A stretch of 64,000 nucleotides of DNA from Gaiellales bacterium (GCA_036273515.1 DASUHM010000050.1:47246-111245), one strand, 5' to 3'; numbered from the stretch's first letter, positions 40,596 through 50,027 are shown. Program-made: numbers and translations. Notes: generated from the sequence alone by a model not told the origin.

Positions 40596-40853
40596 GAAGC
40601 CGGTCTCGCCGACCGGCGTCTCCTCGAGCACCTCGATCCCCGCGACGACGGCGCCGGACGGCCCCTCACCGCAGTAGCGCACCATGCCGACGACGTTCGG
40701 CTCGTCGCCCTCGAAGACGGCCTCGACCTGCCCCGACGGGAGGTTTCGCACCCACCCCGCGACGCCCCGGGTGCGGGCGTGCCGGCTCACCGCGGCGCGG
40801 AAGCCGACGCCCTGCACGCGGCCCGAAACGACGACCCGGCGGCGGACGGCCAT
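40587..40853 (-). CDS. acyP: acylphosphatase
   Basis: ATG 40853. [14 protein letters not shown]...[17 protein letters not shown]. Confidence 0.9.
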   Translation of the reverse strand: MAVRRRVVVSGRVQGVGFRAAVSRHARTRGVAGWVRNLPSGQVEAVFEGDEPNVVGMVRYCGEGPSGAVVAGIEVLEETPVGETGFSA

Positions 40854-40937
40854 GCCCGGAACGTACCCAAAATTGCTGGGAAGGACTGGGAGGCGAGGCG
40901 TCGAACTGGGAGGGTCCGCACGCAGAACCGGACACCG

Positions 40938-41912
40938 ATGCGCCTCAGAATCGCCGCAATTGCAGCCACCACGCTCGCCCTCGCCGGGGCCGCCCCCGCG
41001 GCCGCGCGCACGCACTACGTCGTGCGCTACGGCGACACGCTGACCGGCATCGCCCGCGCCCACGGCGTCGGCCTGCGCCGGCTGGCGCACGCGAACCATC
41101 GCCGCGTGTACGGCGTCCTGCGCGCCGGCACCGTGCTCGTCATCCCGGGCGGCCGCCCATCGTCGTCCACGGGCGGGAGGTACACCGTCCGCTGGGGCGA
41201 CACGCTCACGGGGATCGCCGCCCGCTTCGGCGTGAGCGTCGACGGACTGGCGCGGATGAACGGGATCTCGCCGCACGGCCTGCTGCTGGCCGGCGCGACG
41301 CTGCACGTGCCCGGCGCCGGCGGCGGTGGCGGCGGTGGCTCGACCGGGATGGGCGGAAGCTACGTCGTGCACCCCGGCGACACGCTCTCGGGGATCGCCG
41401 CCCGCTTCGGCGTGGGCATGCACCGGCTGGCGCGTGCGAACGGCCTGCGCGTGCGCGGGATCCTGCTCGCCGGCATCACGCTGCGCGTCCCGGCGGCTTC
41501 GGCACCGGCGCAGAGCCCGCTCGGCCCGTGGTCGGTGCCGGCCTCGATCGACGCGTGGTCGGCGCACTACGGCGTCGACGCTGCGCTCGCGCGGGCCGTC
41601 TCCTGGCAGGAGTCCGGCTTCCACGTGAACATCCTCTCGGCCGCGGGGGCCTGGGGCCCGATGCAGGTGCTCCCCGGCACGTGGACGTACGTCGAGGACG
41701 TCCTCATCGGCCACCGGGTCTCGCACACCGGCGACGGTGACGTGCGCGTCGGCGTTGCCCTGCTCCACCACCTGATCGGCGAGTTCGGCGGCAACGAGTC
41801 GCTGGCGGTCGCCGCCTACTACCAGGGCGAGCGCTCGGTGCGCGAGCGCGGCCTGCTGCCGGAGACGCGCATGTACGTCGCGAACGTCATGGCCCTCCGC
41901 GGGCGCGTCTAG
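40938..41912 (+). CDS. secreted LysM-repeat lytic transglycosylase (SLT domain)
   Basis: ATG 40938 and a signal peptide. Three LysM repeats (Y.V..GDTL.GIA). The SLT motif is SWQESGF...GPMQV...AAYYQG. Confidence 0.88.
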   Translation: MRLRIAAIAATTLALAGAAPAAARTHYVVRYGDTLTGIARAHGVGLRRLAHANHRRVYGVLRAGTVLVIPGGRPSSSTGGRYTVRWGDTLTGIAARFGVSVDGLARMNGISPHGLLLAGATLHVPGAGGGGGGGSTGMGGSYVVHPGDTLSGIAARFGVGMHRLARANGLRVRGILLAGITLRVPAASAPAQSPLGPWSVPASIDAWSAHYGVDAALARAVSWQESGFHVNILSAAGAWGPMQVLPGTWTYVEDVLIGHRVSHTGDGDVRVGVALLHHLIGEFGGNESLAVAAYYQGERSVRERGLLPETRMYVANVMALRGRV

Positions 41913-42499
41913 CCGGCCTCGATCGGCCGGCCGACAGTGAGCGCCTCGCGCAGCTCCGGCTCGATCAGCTCGTTGAAGGCCGCGTCGGGGTTGCAGCCGA
42001 GGGCGTCGAGCGTCTTGCTGAAGAAGCACCGCGCCGCCGCGGCCAGGACGACGTCGAGGATCTCGGCGTCGGAGAGCCCCAGGCCGCGCAGGCGCTCGAT
42101 GTCGGCCTGCGTGACGGTGGTCGCGTCGACGGCGACCTTGTCGGCGAGGTCGATCACGGCCCGGTCGACGTCGTCGAGCTCGTCCGACGGCCGTCCCAGG
42201 GCGATGTCGCTCACCGCCGAGGCGGGCATGTGCCGCGCCAGGATGCGGCCGTGCGCGAGCGAGCAGTAGCTCGAGCGCAGGCGGCGGGCGGCCGCGAGCG
42301 TGGCGATCTCGTAGCGGCGCTCGTCCATGTTGGCCTTGATGGCCCCGTTCAGGCCGCGCCACGCTGCATAGACGCCCGGGCGATGAGAGTATGCGCGGGT
42401 GAAGTTCGGCAGGAATCCCCAGCCGGCGCGGTCGGTCTCGTACATGTCGGCGACGTCGCCCTCGGCGGCGTCGGTGGGGATCGTGTCGATGAACGCCAT
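41909..42499 (-). CDS. carboxymuconolactone decarboxylase / AhpD-like peroxidase-related protein
   Basis: ATG 42499 after GAAGGAAGAG ([21 protein letters not shown]...), with SSYCSLAHG. Confidence 0.75.
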   Translation of the reverse strand: MAFIDTIPTDAAEGDVADMYETDRAGWGFLPNFTRAYSHRPGVYAAWRGLNGAIKANMDERRYEIATLAAARRLRSSYCSLAHGRILARHMPASAVSDIALGRPSDELDDVDRAVIDLADKVAVDATTVTQADIERLRGLGLSDAEILDVVLAAAARCFFSKTLDALGCNPDAAFNELIEPELREALTVGRPIEAG

Positions 42500-42530
42500 C
42501 GGCTCTTCCTTCTCGTCTCGGCGGTGGTGG

Positions 42531-42839
42531 TCAGGCGGGCTCGCGCAGCGCTGCTGCGCGCGCGTCCGCGTGCCGGCGAAGCGTCTCACATACCTGGGCG
42601 CAGAGGGCGAACACCGCAGGGTCGCGGACGCGGTAGTAGCCGTGCAGACCCTGGCGGCGGCGCTCGACGAGGCCCGCGTCGGCCAGGAGCGCCAGGTGCT
42701 TCGACACGTTCGCCTGGGTGCAGCCGAGCTCGGTCGCGAGGCTGCCCACGCTGCGCTCGCCGTCGCCGAGGATGTCGAGCAGGCGCAGGCGCGTAGGCTC
42801 CGACAGGAGCCGGAACCGCTCGGCGATTGCCGTGGCCAT
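42531..42839 (-). CDS. ArsR/SmtB-family transcriptional regulator
   Basis: ATG 42839 (MATAIAERFRLLSEPTRLRLLDIL...VGSLATELGCTQANVSKHLALLADAGLV). Confidence 0.88.
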   Translation of the reverse strand: MATAIAERFRLLSEPTRLRLLDILGDGERSVGSLATELGCTQANVSKHLALLADAGLVERRRQGLHGYYRVRDPAVFALCAQVCETLRRHADARAAALREPA

Positions 42840-42935
42840 GGCAGGGGTAAGGGGGCGGGGCAGCGTCACTTGCAAAAGTGTACCGCATGTGCAACTATAT
42901 AGCTAGTCAGTTGAATATTGCTTGAAGGAGCATCT

Positions 42936-43274
42936 GTGTCCAGCATCGAGATCACCAAGAGCAACTTCCAGTCCGAGGTCGTCGACTCCGACGTCCCCGT
43001 CCTGCTCGACCTGTGGGCGGCCTGGTGTGGCCCGTGCCGCATGGTCTCCCCCATCGTCGACGAGCTCGCCGGCGACTACGCCGGGCGGATCAAGGTTGGC
43101 AAGGTCGACGTCGACGCCGAGCCCGAGCTGGCCGGCGCGTTCGGCGTCTCCAGCATCCCGACGCTTCTCCTGCTCAAGAACGGGGAGATCGTCGAGCGCG
43201 CGGTGGGAGCGCGGCCGAAGGCACAGCTCGCGCAGGCCCTGCGCCTGGACGAGCACGTGACCGCCGCCGTCTAG
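42936..43274 (+). CDS. trxA: thioredoxin
   Basis: GTG 42936, 6 nt after GAAGGAG. WCGPC active site in LDLWAAWCGPCRMV. Confidence 0.93.
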   Translation: MSSIEITKSNFQSEVVDSDVPVLLDLWAAWCGPCRMVSPIVDELAGDYAGRIKVGKVDVDAEPELAGAFGVSSIPTLLLLKNGEIVERAVGARPKAQLAQALRLDEHVTAAV

Positions 43275-43281
43275 ACCCGAC

Positions 43282-43300
43282 CCCTCCGAATCGGGGAGGG
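43282..43300 (+). terminator. weak hairpin after trxA
   Basis: CCCTCC-GAATCGG-GGAGGG, 8 nt after the TAG. No U tract. Confidence 0.3.
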
Positions 43301-43345
43301 CGGATCACCGCCGACGGGAGCGCGGCCGCGACGCCGCGCACCGAT

Positions 43346-44275
43346 TCAGTGACATACGCGGGCCGATGACCTGCCGCCGGTATCGGCCCGCGCTTCCCCC
43401 ACCTCTCGCTCGTACTGCACGGCTGCCCAGGCGACTCGCATCCCGGCGCGCTCGTACAGCCTGATCGCCGCCGCGTTGTCGCCGTCCACGCCGAGGCCGA
43501 CGCGGCGCTCGCCGGCGGCCCAGAGCCGCCGCAGCGCCTCGTGCAGCAGCACCGCGCCGATCCCCCGGCCCCGCCATTTGGCGCGCACGGCGAGTGCTTC
43601 GACGTAGCCCATCCCGAACGTCCGCGCCGTGCACAGGACGACCCCGCAGACGTCCGCGCCCTCCCGGGCGACGATCCACACGTCCGCGTCGAACCGCCCC
43701 TCCGCCGCCTTCCCCTCGCGCCATTCGGCCTGGTTCGTCCAGCGGTGCTCGAACGCCTCTTCGACACACGCGTCCACTCCGGCGTCGTCGACGCCGGGCC
43801 GGAAGGTCGCGAGCGCGATGCCGGGCGGCGGCGCGAGCGGCGGGGGCGCGGCGTCGAGATCGATGCGCATGCGCAGGTGCTGCGACTCCGCGACGTAGCC
43901 CCGGCGCTCGAGGAGCCGGCAGGCGGCCCGGTCGGCGGCGAGCACCGAGTTGCGCACGACCACGCTCCCGCCGGTCTCGGCCGCCCGCTGCTCCGTGAGG
44001 TCGACGAGCAGGCCGCCCACGCCATGCCCGGCATCGGCAGGGTGCGTCCAGCCGAGCGCGTACAGACGGCCGCCGTCCCTTGGGCGGAGCGTCGCGTGCC
44101 CGGCGAGCTCCCCGGCCCGCTCCGCCAGCCAGACGTCCGACGCCGTTCTCCACTCGTCCTCGACGTCCGTGACCGTCCAGGCGCCGTCGCCGCCGTACGC
44201 GGCGTCGTACGCGTTCACGAGCGCGGCCACCGCGGCGGCATCTTCCGGCCGCGGCGGTCGCGCCGCGAGCGTCAT
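43346..44275 (-). CDS. tandem-GNAT acetyltransferase (MshD-like architecture)
   Basis: ATG 44275 (ATGA overlap with the thrC-family stop). Two GNAT cores are present, the second with AVRAKWRGRGIGAVLLHEAL...AAAIRLYERAGM. Confidence 0.75.
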   Translation of the reverse strand: MTLAARPPRPEDAAAVAALVNAYDAAYGGDGAWTVTDVEDEWRTASDVWLAERAGELAGHATLRPRDGGRLYALGWTHPADAGHGVGGLLVDLTEQRAAETGGSVVVRNSVLAADRAACRLLERRGYVAESQHLRMRIDLDAAPPPLAPPPGIALATFRPGVDDAGVDACVEEAFEHRWTNQAEWREGKAAEGRFDADVWIVAREGADVCGVVLCTARTFGMGYVEALAVRAKWRGRGIGAVLLHEALRRLWAAGERRVGLGVDGDNAAAIRLYERAGMRVAWAAVQYEREVGEARADTGGRSSARVCH

Positions 44276-45495
44276 GCCTGAAGCGGCTGGGCCAGCGCCT
44301 CGTCGACGGCGTCCGCGTCGGCCGGGATCGCGATCGTCTCGACCGCGGGCTCCACCGCGTCGACGGTCTTCAGGCCGTCGCCGGTGATGTACACGACGAC
44401 GGTCTCGCCGGCGCCGATCTCGCCGCGCTCGGCCAGCTTGCGCAGGACCGCGGTCGTGACGCCGCCCGCCGTCTCGGTGAAGATGCCGGTGGTGCGGGCG
44501 AGCAGCTGGATGCCCTCGACGATCTCCGCGTCGGAGGCCGCCTCGATGCTGCCGCCGGTGCGGCGGGCGACCCCGAGCGCGTAGACGCCGTCGGCAGGGT
44601 TGCCGATCGCGAGCGACTTGGCGATGCCGGTCGGGCGGACGGGGACGACCTGATCGCCGCCCGCCGCAAACGCCGTGGCGACCGGGGAGCAGCCCTCGCC
44701 CTGCGAGCCGTGCATGACGGGCGCCGGCCCGGGCTCGATCAGCCCGGCGGCGCGGCCCTGCTCGAACCCCTGCAGGATCTTCGTGTAGAGCGAGCCGGAG
44801 GCGATCGGCGCGACCACGCGGTCGGGCGCCCGCCAGCCGAGCTGCTCGGCCGTCTCGAGCGCGATGGTCTTCGAGCCCTCCGAGTAGTAGGCGCGCATGT
44901 TCACGTTCACGAACGCCCACGGCCGGTCGTACGCGAGCTCCGAGCAGAGCCGGTTGACGTCATCGTACGAGCCGTCCACGGCGAACACGGTCGCGCCGTA
45001 GGCGGCCGCGGCGATGATCTTCTCCCGCTCGAGGTTCGCCGGCACGAAGATGTACGTCGGCAGGCCCAGCGCCGCCCCGGCGGCAGCCGTCGCGCCGGCC
45101 AGGTTGCCGGTCGAGGCGCACGCGAGCGCGCCGAAGCCGAGCTCGGCCGCCTTGGCGGCGGCCACCGCGACCACCCGGTCCTTGAACGAGTGGGTGGGGT
45201 TCGAGGTCTCGGTCTTCACGTAGAGCTCGCAGTCGAGGCCGAGCTCGGCCGCGAGCCGGTCGGCCCGTATCAGCGGCGAGCAGCCCACCGGCAGGCCCTT
45301 CTCGGGCGGCTCGACGGGCAGGAAGTCGGCGAAGCGCCAGAGCGTCTGCGGCCCGGCGGCGATGCGGTCGCGGGCGACCGGCTCGGACTCGTCCCAGCCC
45401 ACCTCGAGGGGGCCGAAACAGCGGTCACAGGCGAACAGGGCCTCCAGCGGATAGGTGGCGCCGCAGCCCTTGCAGGCGAGGTGGGTGGCCTTCAT
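44272..45495 (-). CDS. thrC: threonine-synthase-family PLP enzyme with an N-terminal Cys4 zinc ribbon
   Basis: 407 aa. Motifs: CKGCG...CDRC, the PLP-Lys motif NPTHSFKDR, and ASTGNLAG. It is preceded by a SAM-I riboswitch, so its physiological role may be in methionine rather than threonine synthesis. Confidence 0.8.
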   Translation of the reverse strand: MKATHLACKGCGATYPLEALFACDRCFGPLEVGWDESEPVARDRIAAGPQTLWRFADFLPVEPPEKGLPVGCSPLIRADRLAAELGLDCELYVKTETSNPTHSFKDRVVAVAAAKAAELGFGALACASTGNLAGATAAAGAALGLPTYIFVPANLEREKIIAAAAYGATVFAVDGSYDDVNRLCSELAYDRPWAFVNVNMRAYYSEGSKTIALETAEQLGWRAPDRVVAPIASGSLYTKILQGFEQGRAAGLIEPGPAPVMHGSQGEGCSPVATAFAAGGDQVVPVRPTGIAKSLAIGNPADGVYALGVARRTGGSIEAASDAEIVEGIQLLARTTGIFTETAGGVTTAVLRKLAERGEIGAGETVVVYITGDGLKTVDAVEPAVETIAIPADADAVDEALAQPLQA

Positions 45496-45543
45496 GGTCG
45501 ATCCCCTACGTTCGGGCCGGCGCCCTTCGGCGCGGCCGGTTCA

Positions 45544-45655
45544 CATCGTCCGGGATCCGCGGATCCCGCCGGATTTGGCACCTTTCCCCGCCGTGGCCGG
45601 GATGGTTGCCGAGGCTTCACAGGGCCGGTCCCTCCGCCTCTCTGGATGCGACGCC
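45544..45655 (-). promoter_or_regulatory. SAM-I (S-box) riboswitch
   Basis: The minus strand reads AUCCAGAGAGGCGGAGGGACCGGCCCUGUGAAGCCUCGGCAACC...AAAGGUGCCAAAUCCGGCGG...GGACGAUG. This matches the conserved SAM-I core almost position for position. A GC hairpin and GGGGA RBS lie between it and ATG 45495. Confidence 0.9.
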
Positions 45656-45729
45656 GGGGATCGCCCCGGCGGGTACGCAAACTGCTCGTCACATCGTAGC
45701 GGGAAGATTTCCCGTGCGGCCCGCGTCCC

Positions 45730-45930
45730 TTGGACATGTACGCCAACGCGCACGTGCACGAGGAGCTCTCACGGCTCCACTCCGCCGAGATCGCCGCCCA
45801 GGCCCGCCATGCGGACCTGCTCCGGCGCGCGCGGAGCGGCACCCTCCAGCCCGAGCTACGGGCCGGCCGCGAGCACGAACGGCGCGTACGCACGGCCGCG
45901 CGACGGCGCGGTCGGCCGGCGGTGGCCTAG
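45730..45930 (+). CDS. small hypothetical protein
   Basis: 66 aa (MDMYANAHVHEELSRLHSAEIAAQARHADLLRRA...). Weak call. Confidence 0.3.
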   Translation: MDMYANAHVHEELSRLHSAEIAAQARHADLLRRARSGTLQPELRAGREHERRVRTAARRRGRPAVA

Positions 45931-45965
45931 GGCCACGCCGGCGCCGGCTTGGTAGCCGTCTGAGC

Positions 45966-46313
45966 TCACCCCTCGCTCGGGCGGCTGCCTCGACCGGCCC
46001 GGTCAGGAATGATCTCGATCCGCGACCACGTCACCGAGGGCAGGGCGCCCGCCAGGAGCGCCGTCGCCGCGGCACGTGCGGCGTCCGCGTCGGCGGCCCG
46101 AACGGTGAGCGTCGCCTCCACGTCATCGCCCGCGCCGTCCCGGCCGAGCCGGGTGACGCCAAACCCGGACCCGGGCGCCGCGGTCTCGACCCACCGATGA
46201 GCCGCGAGAGCCTCCGCTCGCCCCCAGTGAGCATCGCTGGCGTCGCGGACGGCCGCGTCGGTGCCCTTCGCGGACACGCGCCAGAACGACTCGCCGGGCG
46301 CGCGTCCGCTCAT
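45966..46313 (-). CDS. hypothetical protein
   Basis: 115 aa, directly downstream of the sulfite reductase gene on the same strand. No family recognised. Confidence 0.4.
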   Translation of the reverse strand: MSGRAPGESFWRVSAKGTDAAVRDASDAHWGRAEALAAHRWVETAAPGSGFGVTRLGRDGAGDDVEATLTVRAADADAARAAATALLAGALPSVTWSRIEIIPDRAGRGSRPSEG

Positions 46314-46327
46314 GCCGCAAGCCTACG

Positions 46328-47983
46328 CTAGGCGGCTGCCTCGACCGGCTCGCGCGCCACGGCGACGCCTGCCAGCGCCGCCAGGCGCCGGTCGGACTGC
46401 TCCTGCGCCCAGGCGGCGAACGTGCCGTCGGCGGGCCGCTCGGCCGCGTAGGCGCGCACGATCCGCTCGACCGCGTAGCGGGCGTCGTCGGCCGGGATCG
46501 CCTTCGAGGCGACCCGCCGGCCGAACCCGGCGTCGGCGCCGAGGCGGCCGCCGATGTGCAGGATGAAGCCCTGCACGCGGGTGCCGTCCGCGAGCCGGGC
46601 GATGCCGCCCTGCAGGCCGATGTCGGCCACCTGGTACTGGGCACAGGCGTTGGGGCAGCCGTTCAGGTTGATCCGCAGCGATCCGGCCACGTCGCCGACC
46701 CGCTTCTCCAGGTGCTCGATCAGCTCGCGGGCGCGCTCCTTCGTCTCGACGATCGCGAGCTTGCAGAACTCCATTCCCGTGCACGAGATGATCCCGCGCC
46801 GGAAGGTCGACGCCCGGGTCGGCAGGCCGACGTCGGCGAGCGAGGCCGACGCCTCCTCGACGTCCGCGTCGGGCACGCCGAGGACGATGATGTTCTGGCG
46901 GTTCGTGCAGCGCAGCTCGCCCGAGCCGAAGCGGTCGGCGATGTCGGCGACGGCGATCATCTGCTCGCCCGAGAAGCGGCCGCGCAGCGTCGTCGCGCCG
47001 AGGTAGTAGAGGCCCGGCTCGACCTGCGGGTGGACGCCGAGGTGGTCGCGGTGGGGGTCGATCGGGTCGGCCGGGGCGACCGACGTCGGCAGCGACCGGC
47101 CCAGCTTGCGCTCGACCTCGGCCCGCAGCCGCTCGACGCCCCACTCGTCGACCAGGAACTTGACCCGCGCCCGCGTGCGCTTGGTGCGCTTACCCTCGTC
47201 GCGGTAGATCTCGGTGATCACGGCGCAGACCTCGGTGGCCTCCTCGGGCAGGACGAACGCATCCAGCCGCCGGCCCATGCGCGCCGACGCGCCCAGGCCG
47301 CCGCCGACCCAGACGTCGTAGCCGAGCACGCCGTCGCGCTCGACCGCGACCAGGCCGATGTCGTTGATCTCGTGCTGGGCGCAGCGGTGCAGGCAGCCCG
47401 ACACCGACACCTTGAACTTGCGCGGCAGGTTCGAGAAGCGCTTGTCGCCGACGAAGGTGCGCTCGAGCTCGGCGATCAGCGGGCGCGAGTCGAGCAGCTC
47501 GTGGCCGTCGACGCCGGCGAGCGGGCAGCCGACCACGTTGCGCCAGACGTCGCCGCAGGCCTGGGTGAACGAGAGCCCGACGGCGTTCAGCTCGTCGAGC
47601 ACGACGGGGAGATCCTCGATCCGCAGCCAGTGCAGCTGGATGTTCTGACGGGTCGTGATGTCGCCCATGCCCCGCCCGTAGCGCTCGGAGAGGCGACCGA
47701 TCGTGCGCAGCTGCTCGGACGTGACGATGCCGTTCGGGAACTTGATCCGGAGCATGAAGAGGCCGTCGGTGTCGTCGGACGGCCCGGGGTCGCCGGATGC
47801 GGCCGACTCCTCGGCCCGCTGGGTGTAGATGCCGTACCAGCGAAACAGGGTCAGGTCGTCCGGCGCGATCGCGTCGAAGCCGAGCTCGGCGTACCGGTAG
47901 ATGTCGGCAAGGACGTCCAGCCCGTCCTTGCGGGCCTTGATGTGCTCGATCTCCGGCAGCTTTGCAACGGCATCTACGGACAT
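46328..47983 (-). CDS. sirA: ferredoxin-dependent sulfite (NirA/Sir-type) reductase hemoprotein
   Basis: ATG 47983 (MSVDAVAKLPEIEHIKARKDG...). Siroheme/[4Fe-4S] Cys motifs SCTGMEFCKLA and LNGCPNACAQY. Confidence 0.88.
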   Translation of the reverse strand: MSVDAVAKLPEIEHIKARKDGLDVLADIYRYAELGFDAIAPDDLTLFRWYGIYTQRAEESAASGDPGPSDDTDGLFMLRIKFPNGIVTSEQLRTIGRLSERYGRGMGDITTRQNIQLHWLRIEDLPVVLDELNAVGLSFTQACGDVWRNVVGCPLAGVDGHELLDSRPLIAELERTFVGDKRFSNLPRKFKVSVSGCLHRCAQHEINDIGLVAVERDGVLGYDVWVGGGLGASARMGRRLDAFVLPEEATEVCAVITEIYRDEGKRTKRTRARVKFLVDEWGVERLRAEVERKLGRSLPTSVAPADPIDPHRDHLGVHPQVEPGLYYLGATTLRGRFSGEQMIAVADIADRFGSGELRCTNRQNIIVLGVPDADVEEASASLADVGLPTRASTFRRGIISCTGMEFCKLAIVETKERARELIEHLEKRVGDVAGSLRINLNGCPNACAQYQVADIGLQGGIARLADGTRVQGFILHIGGRLGADAGFGRRVASKAIPADDARYAVERIVRAYAAERPADGTFAAWAQEQSDRRLAALAGVAVAREPVEAAA

Positions 47984-48021
47984 GGCAGGGCTCCTTCGCG
48001 GTGGTGCCCGCCACCATAGCA

Positions 48022-48035
48022 GTTTGGATCCAAAC
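48022..48035. promoter_or_regulatory. 14-bp perfect palindrome GTTTGGATCCAAAC (candidate GntR-family operator)
   Basis: It lies in the 112-bp divergent region between the sulfite reductase and the GntR gene. A TACGAT -10-like hexamer ends 7 nt before GTG 48096. Confidence 0.45.
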
Positions 48036-48095
48036 ATCAACCGTAGGGATACATGTTGCGGATGTTCGGCTCCCCGCAGTGTTACGATCGAGGGT

Positions 48096-48803
48096 GTGAG
48101 CCCGAACACACCGACCCTCTCCCGCGCCGACGACCTGGCGCACAGGCTGCAGGTCGAGATCGTCACGGGCCGCATCCCGCTGGGGTCGCGCCTGCGCCAG
48201 GAAGACCTCGCGAGCCGTTTCGGCGTGAGCCGCACGCCGGTGCGCGAGGCGCTGCGCCAGCTCCAGGCGATCGGGCTCGTCGACCAGCTCGGCCACCGCG
48301 GCGCCGTCGTGCGCCGGTTCAGCCCGGAGGAGTGCCGCAACGTCTATCTGGTGCGGGCCGAGCTCGAGGGCCTCGCCGCCGAGCGGTCGGCCGGACGGCT
48401 CACCGGCTACGACAAGGGCGACCTCGACGTCGCCCAGGCGCTGCTACGCACCGGCTACGAGCGCCACCGCGCCCTGGCACGCGACGACGAGGACGGCCTG
48501 GCCATCCTGTGCGAGCAGTGGTCGCAGGCGAACGAGCTCTTCCACAACGTGATCCTGGCCGCGGCGGCCTGCCCGCCGCTGCGCGACACCGTCCAGTCGC
48601 TCCAGAACAGCGTGCCCCGCTCGATCGCGTGGCGCACGTTCGCCGACGACCCCGACATCATCCCCCGCAGCGTCGCCGATCACGACCGCATCGTCGAGGC
48701 GCTCGTGAAGCCCGACCCCCGCCGCGCCCGCAAGCTGCTGCACCAGCACGTGCTCGAGACGGGCGACACCGCCGCTCGCTGGCTCGAGCGGCAGGGCTCC
48801 TGA
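48096..48803 (+). CDS. GntR-family regulator (FadR/FCD subfamily)
   Basis: GTG 48096. wHTH LASRFGVSRTPVREALRQLQAIGLV, followed by a helical FCD-like C-domain. Confidence 0.85.
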   Translation: MSPNTPTLSRADDLAHRLQVEIVTGRIPLGSRLRQEDLASRFGVSRTPVREALRQLQAIGLVDQLGHRGAVVRRFSPEECRNVYLVRAELEGLAAERSAGRLTGYDKGDLDVAQALLRTGYERHRALARDDEDGLAILCEQWSQANELFHNVILAAAACPPLRDTVQSLQNSVPRSIAWRTFADDPDIIPRSVADHDRIVEALVKPDPRRARKLLHQHVLETGDTAARWLERQGS

Positions 48804-48823
48804 GGCGCCAGGTCGCGCCGCCG

Positions 48824-48855
48824 TGAATAAAAGCGGTCTGACCCCGTCTATTCAG
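48824..48855. repeat. palindromic repeat, TGAAYAAA...GTCTATTCA subfamily
   Basis: TGAATAAAAGCGGTCTGACCCCGTCTATTCAG. Partner of 11491-11520. It contains the TGA stop (48852-48854) of the NlpC/P60 gene. Confidence 0.7.
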
Positions 48856-49955
48856 CCGGGGACGCGCGCGGCGCCGTAGTACGAGCCGCCGCCGGAGAGC
48901 GACGAGATCTGCACCACGGTGCCGGTGTGCGGCGCGTGGATGATCGAGCCGCCGCCGATGTAGATGCCGACGTGGTTGAGCCCGTCGAAGAAGACCAGGT
49001 CGCCCGGCTGGAGGTCGCTCTCCGACACGTGGGGGAGCGAGTAGTACTGGGCCGCGGCGTTGTGCGGGAGCGACACGCCGAGCTGCGAGTAGACGTACAT
49101 CGTGAGCCCCGAGCAGTCGAAGCCCGAGGGGCTGGCGCCGCCCCACACATAGGGCACGCCCAGGTACCGCTCGGCGATCGCGACCGCCTGGCCGCCCAGC
49201 GTGCTCGCCGGCGGGTTCGGCAGGTTCGACGGCGGCGCCGTCCCGGAGCCGGCCGCCGTCGCGCTCGCGGCGGCCGCCGCCGCTGCGGCGGCCTGCTGCT
49301 CGTCGATCATCTTCCGGATCGACGCCTTCAGGCCGTCGAGGTAGCTCATCTGGTTGGCGACGGCCGCCTTGGCCTTGTCGCGCTGGGCGGCCGCGGCCGC
49401 CTGCTGCGCATTCCGCTGCCGCTTCTGCTTCTTCAGCAGCTTCTCGCGCTGCACGATCTCGGCCTGATCCTTGGTGATCTGCTGGAGCAGGTTCTTGTTC
49501 ACGCCCGTCGTGCGCTGGAGCACCTGCACCTGGTCGACGAGGTCGCCGATCGAGCGGGCCGCGAGGACGTAGGCGATCGCGTCCTGGTCGCCGCTCTTGT
49601 AGTCCTGCGTCAAGCTCGCGGCCAGCTGCTTCTGCGCCGCCTTGAGGTTCTGCTTGGCGAAGCGCAGCGTCTGCTGGTTCAGGCGCAGCGCCGCGAGCGT
49701 GTTCTCGTACTTCTGGTGGATGCCGTCGTAGACCTCGACGGCGTGCTCAGCCTCGTTCGAGAGCTTCGTAAGCTGCTTCTCGGCGGCGGCAGCCTCGTTC
49801 TGCTTCTGCTTGATCGAGGTCGCGTTGGCGGGTGCGGCCGTCAGCGCTGTCGCCAGCATCGCGACAAGAACTCCGGTCGTGATGCTCGCTCGGGTTGCGC
49901 GGGCGCGTCCGCTCGCCTGGCCTCGGGCGGTGGGCATTGCGGCGCAGGCTACCAA
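48852..49955 (-). CDS. secreted NlpC/P60 (C40) peptidoglycan endopeptidase with a coiled-coil N-region (RipA-like)
   Basis: Signal peptide, long Gln/Ala/Lys coiled coil, and a C-terminal GVPYVWGGASPSGFDCSGL...HVGIYIGGGSIIHAP. Confidence 0.88.
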   Translation of the reverse strand: MVACAAMPTARGQASGRARATRASITTGVLVAMLATALTAAPANATSIKQKQNEAAAAEKQLTKLSNEAEHAVEVYDGIHQKYENTLAALRLNQQTLRFAKQNLKAAQKQLAASLTQDYKSGDQDAIAYVLAARSIGDLVDQVQVLQRTTGVNKNLLQQITKDQAEIVQREKLLKKQKRQRNAQQAAAAAQRDKAKAAVANQMSYLDGLKASIRKMIDEQQAAAAAAAAASATAAGSGTAPPSNLPNPPASTLGGQAVAIAERYLGVPYVWGGASPSGFDCSGLTMYVYSQLGVSLPHNAAAQYYSLPHVSESDLQPGDLVFFDGLNHVGIYIGGGSIIHAPHTGTVVQISSLSGGGSYYGAARVPG

Positions 49956-50027
49956 ACGCTGCGGCGGGACGTGACAACCACCGGCAACGCCTTTACGTTT
50001 CCGTCACAAATCGGCCGCACGGAGCGA

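Noticed and set aside
49956-50027. c-di-AMP (ydaO-type) riboswitch upstream of the NlpC/P60 hydrolase, as often seen in Actinomycetota.
   Set aside because: The leader is only about 70-90 nt and lacks the conserved ydaO blocks (for example CCGAACCCG...CAGCUAACCUCGUAAGC).
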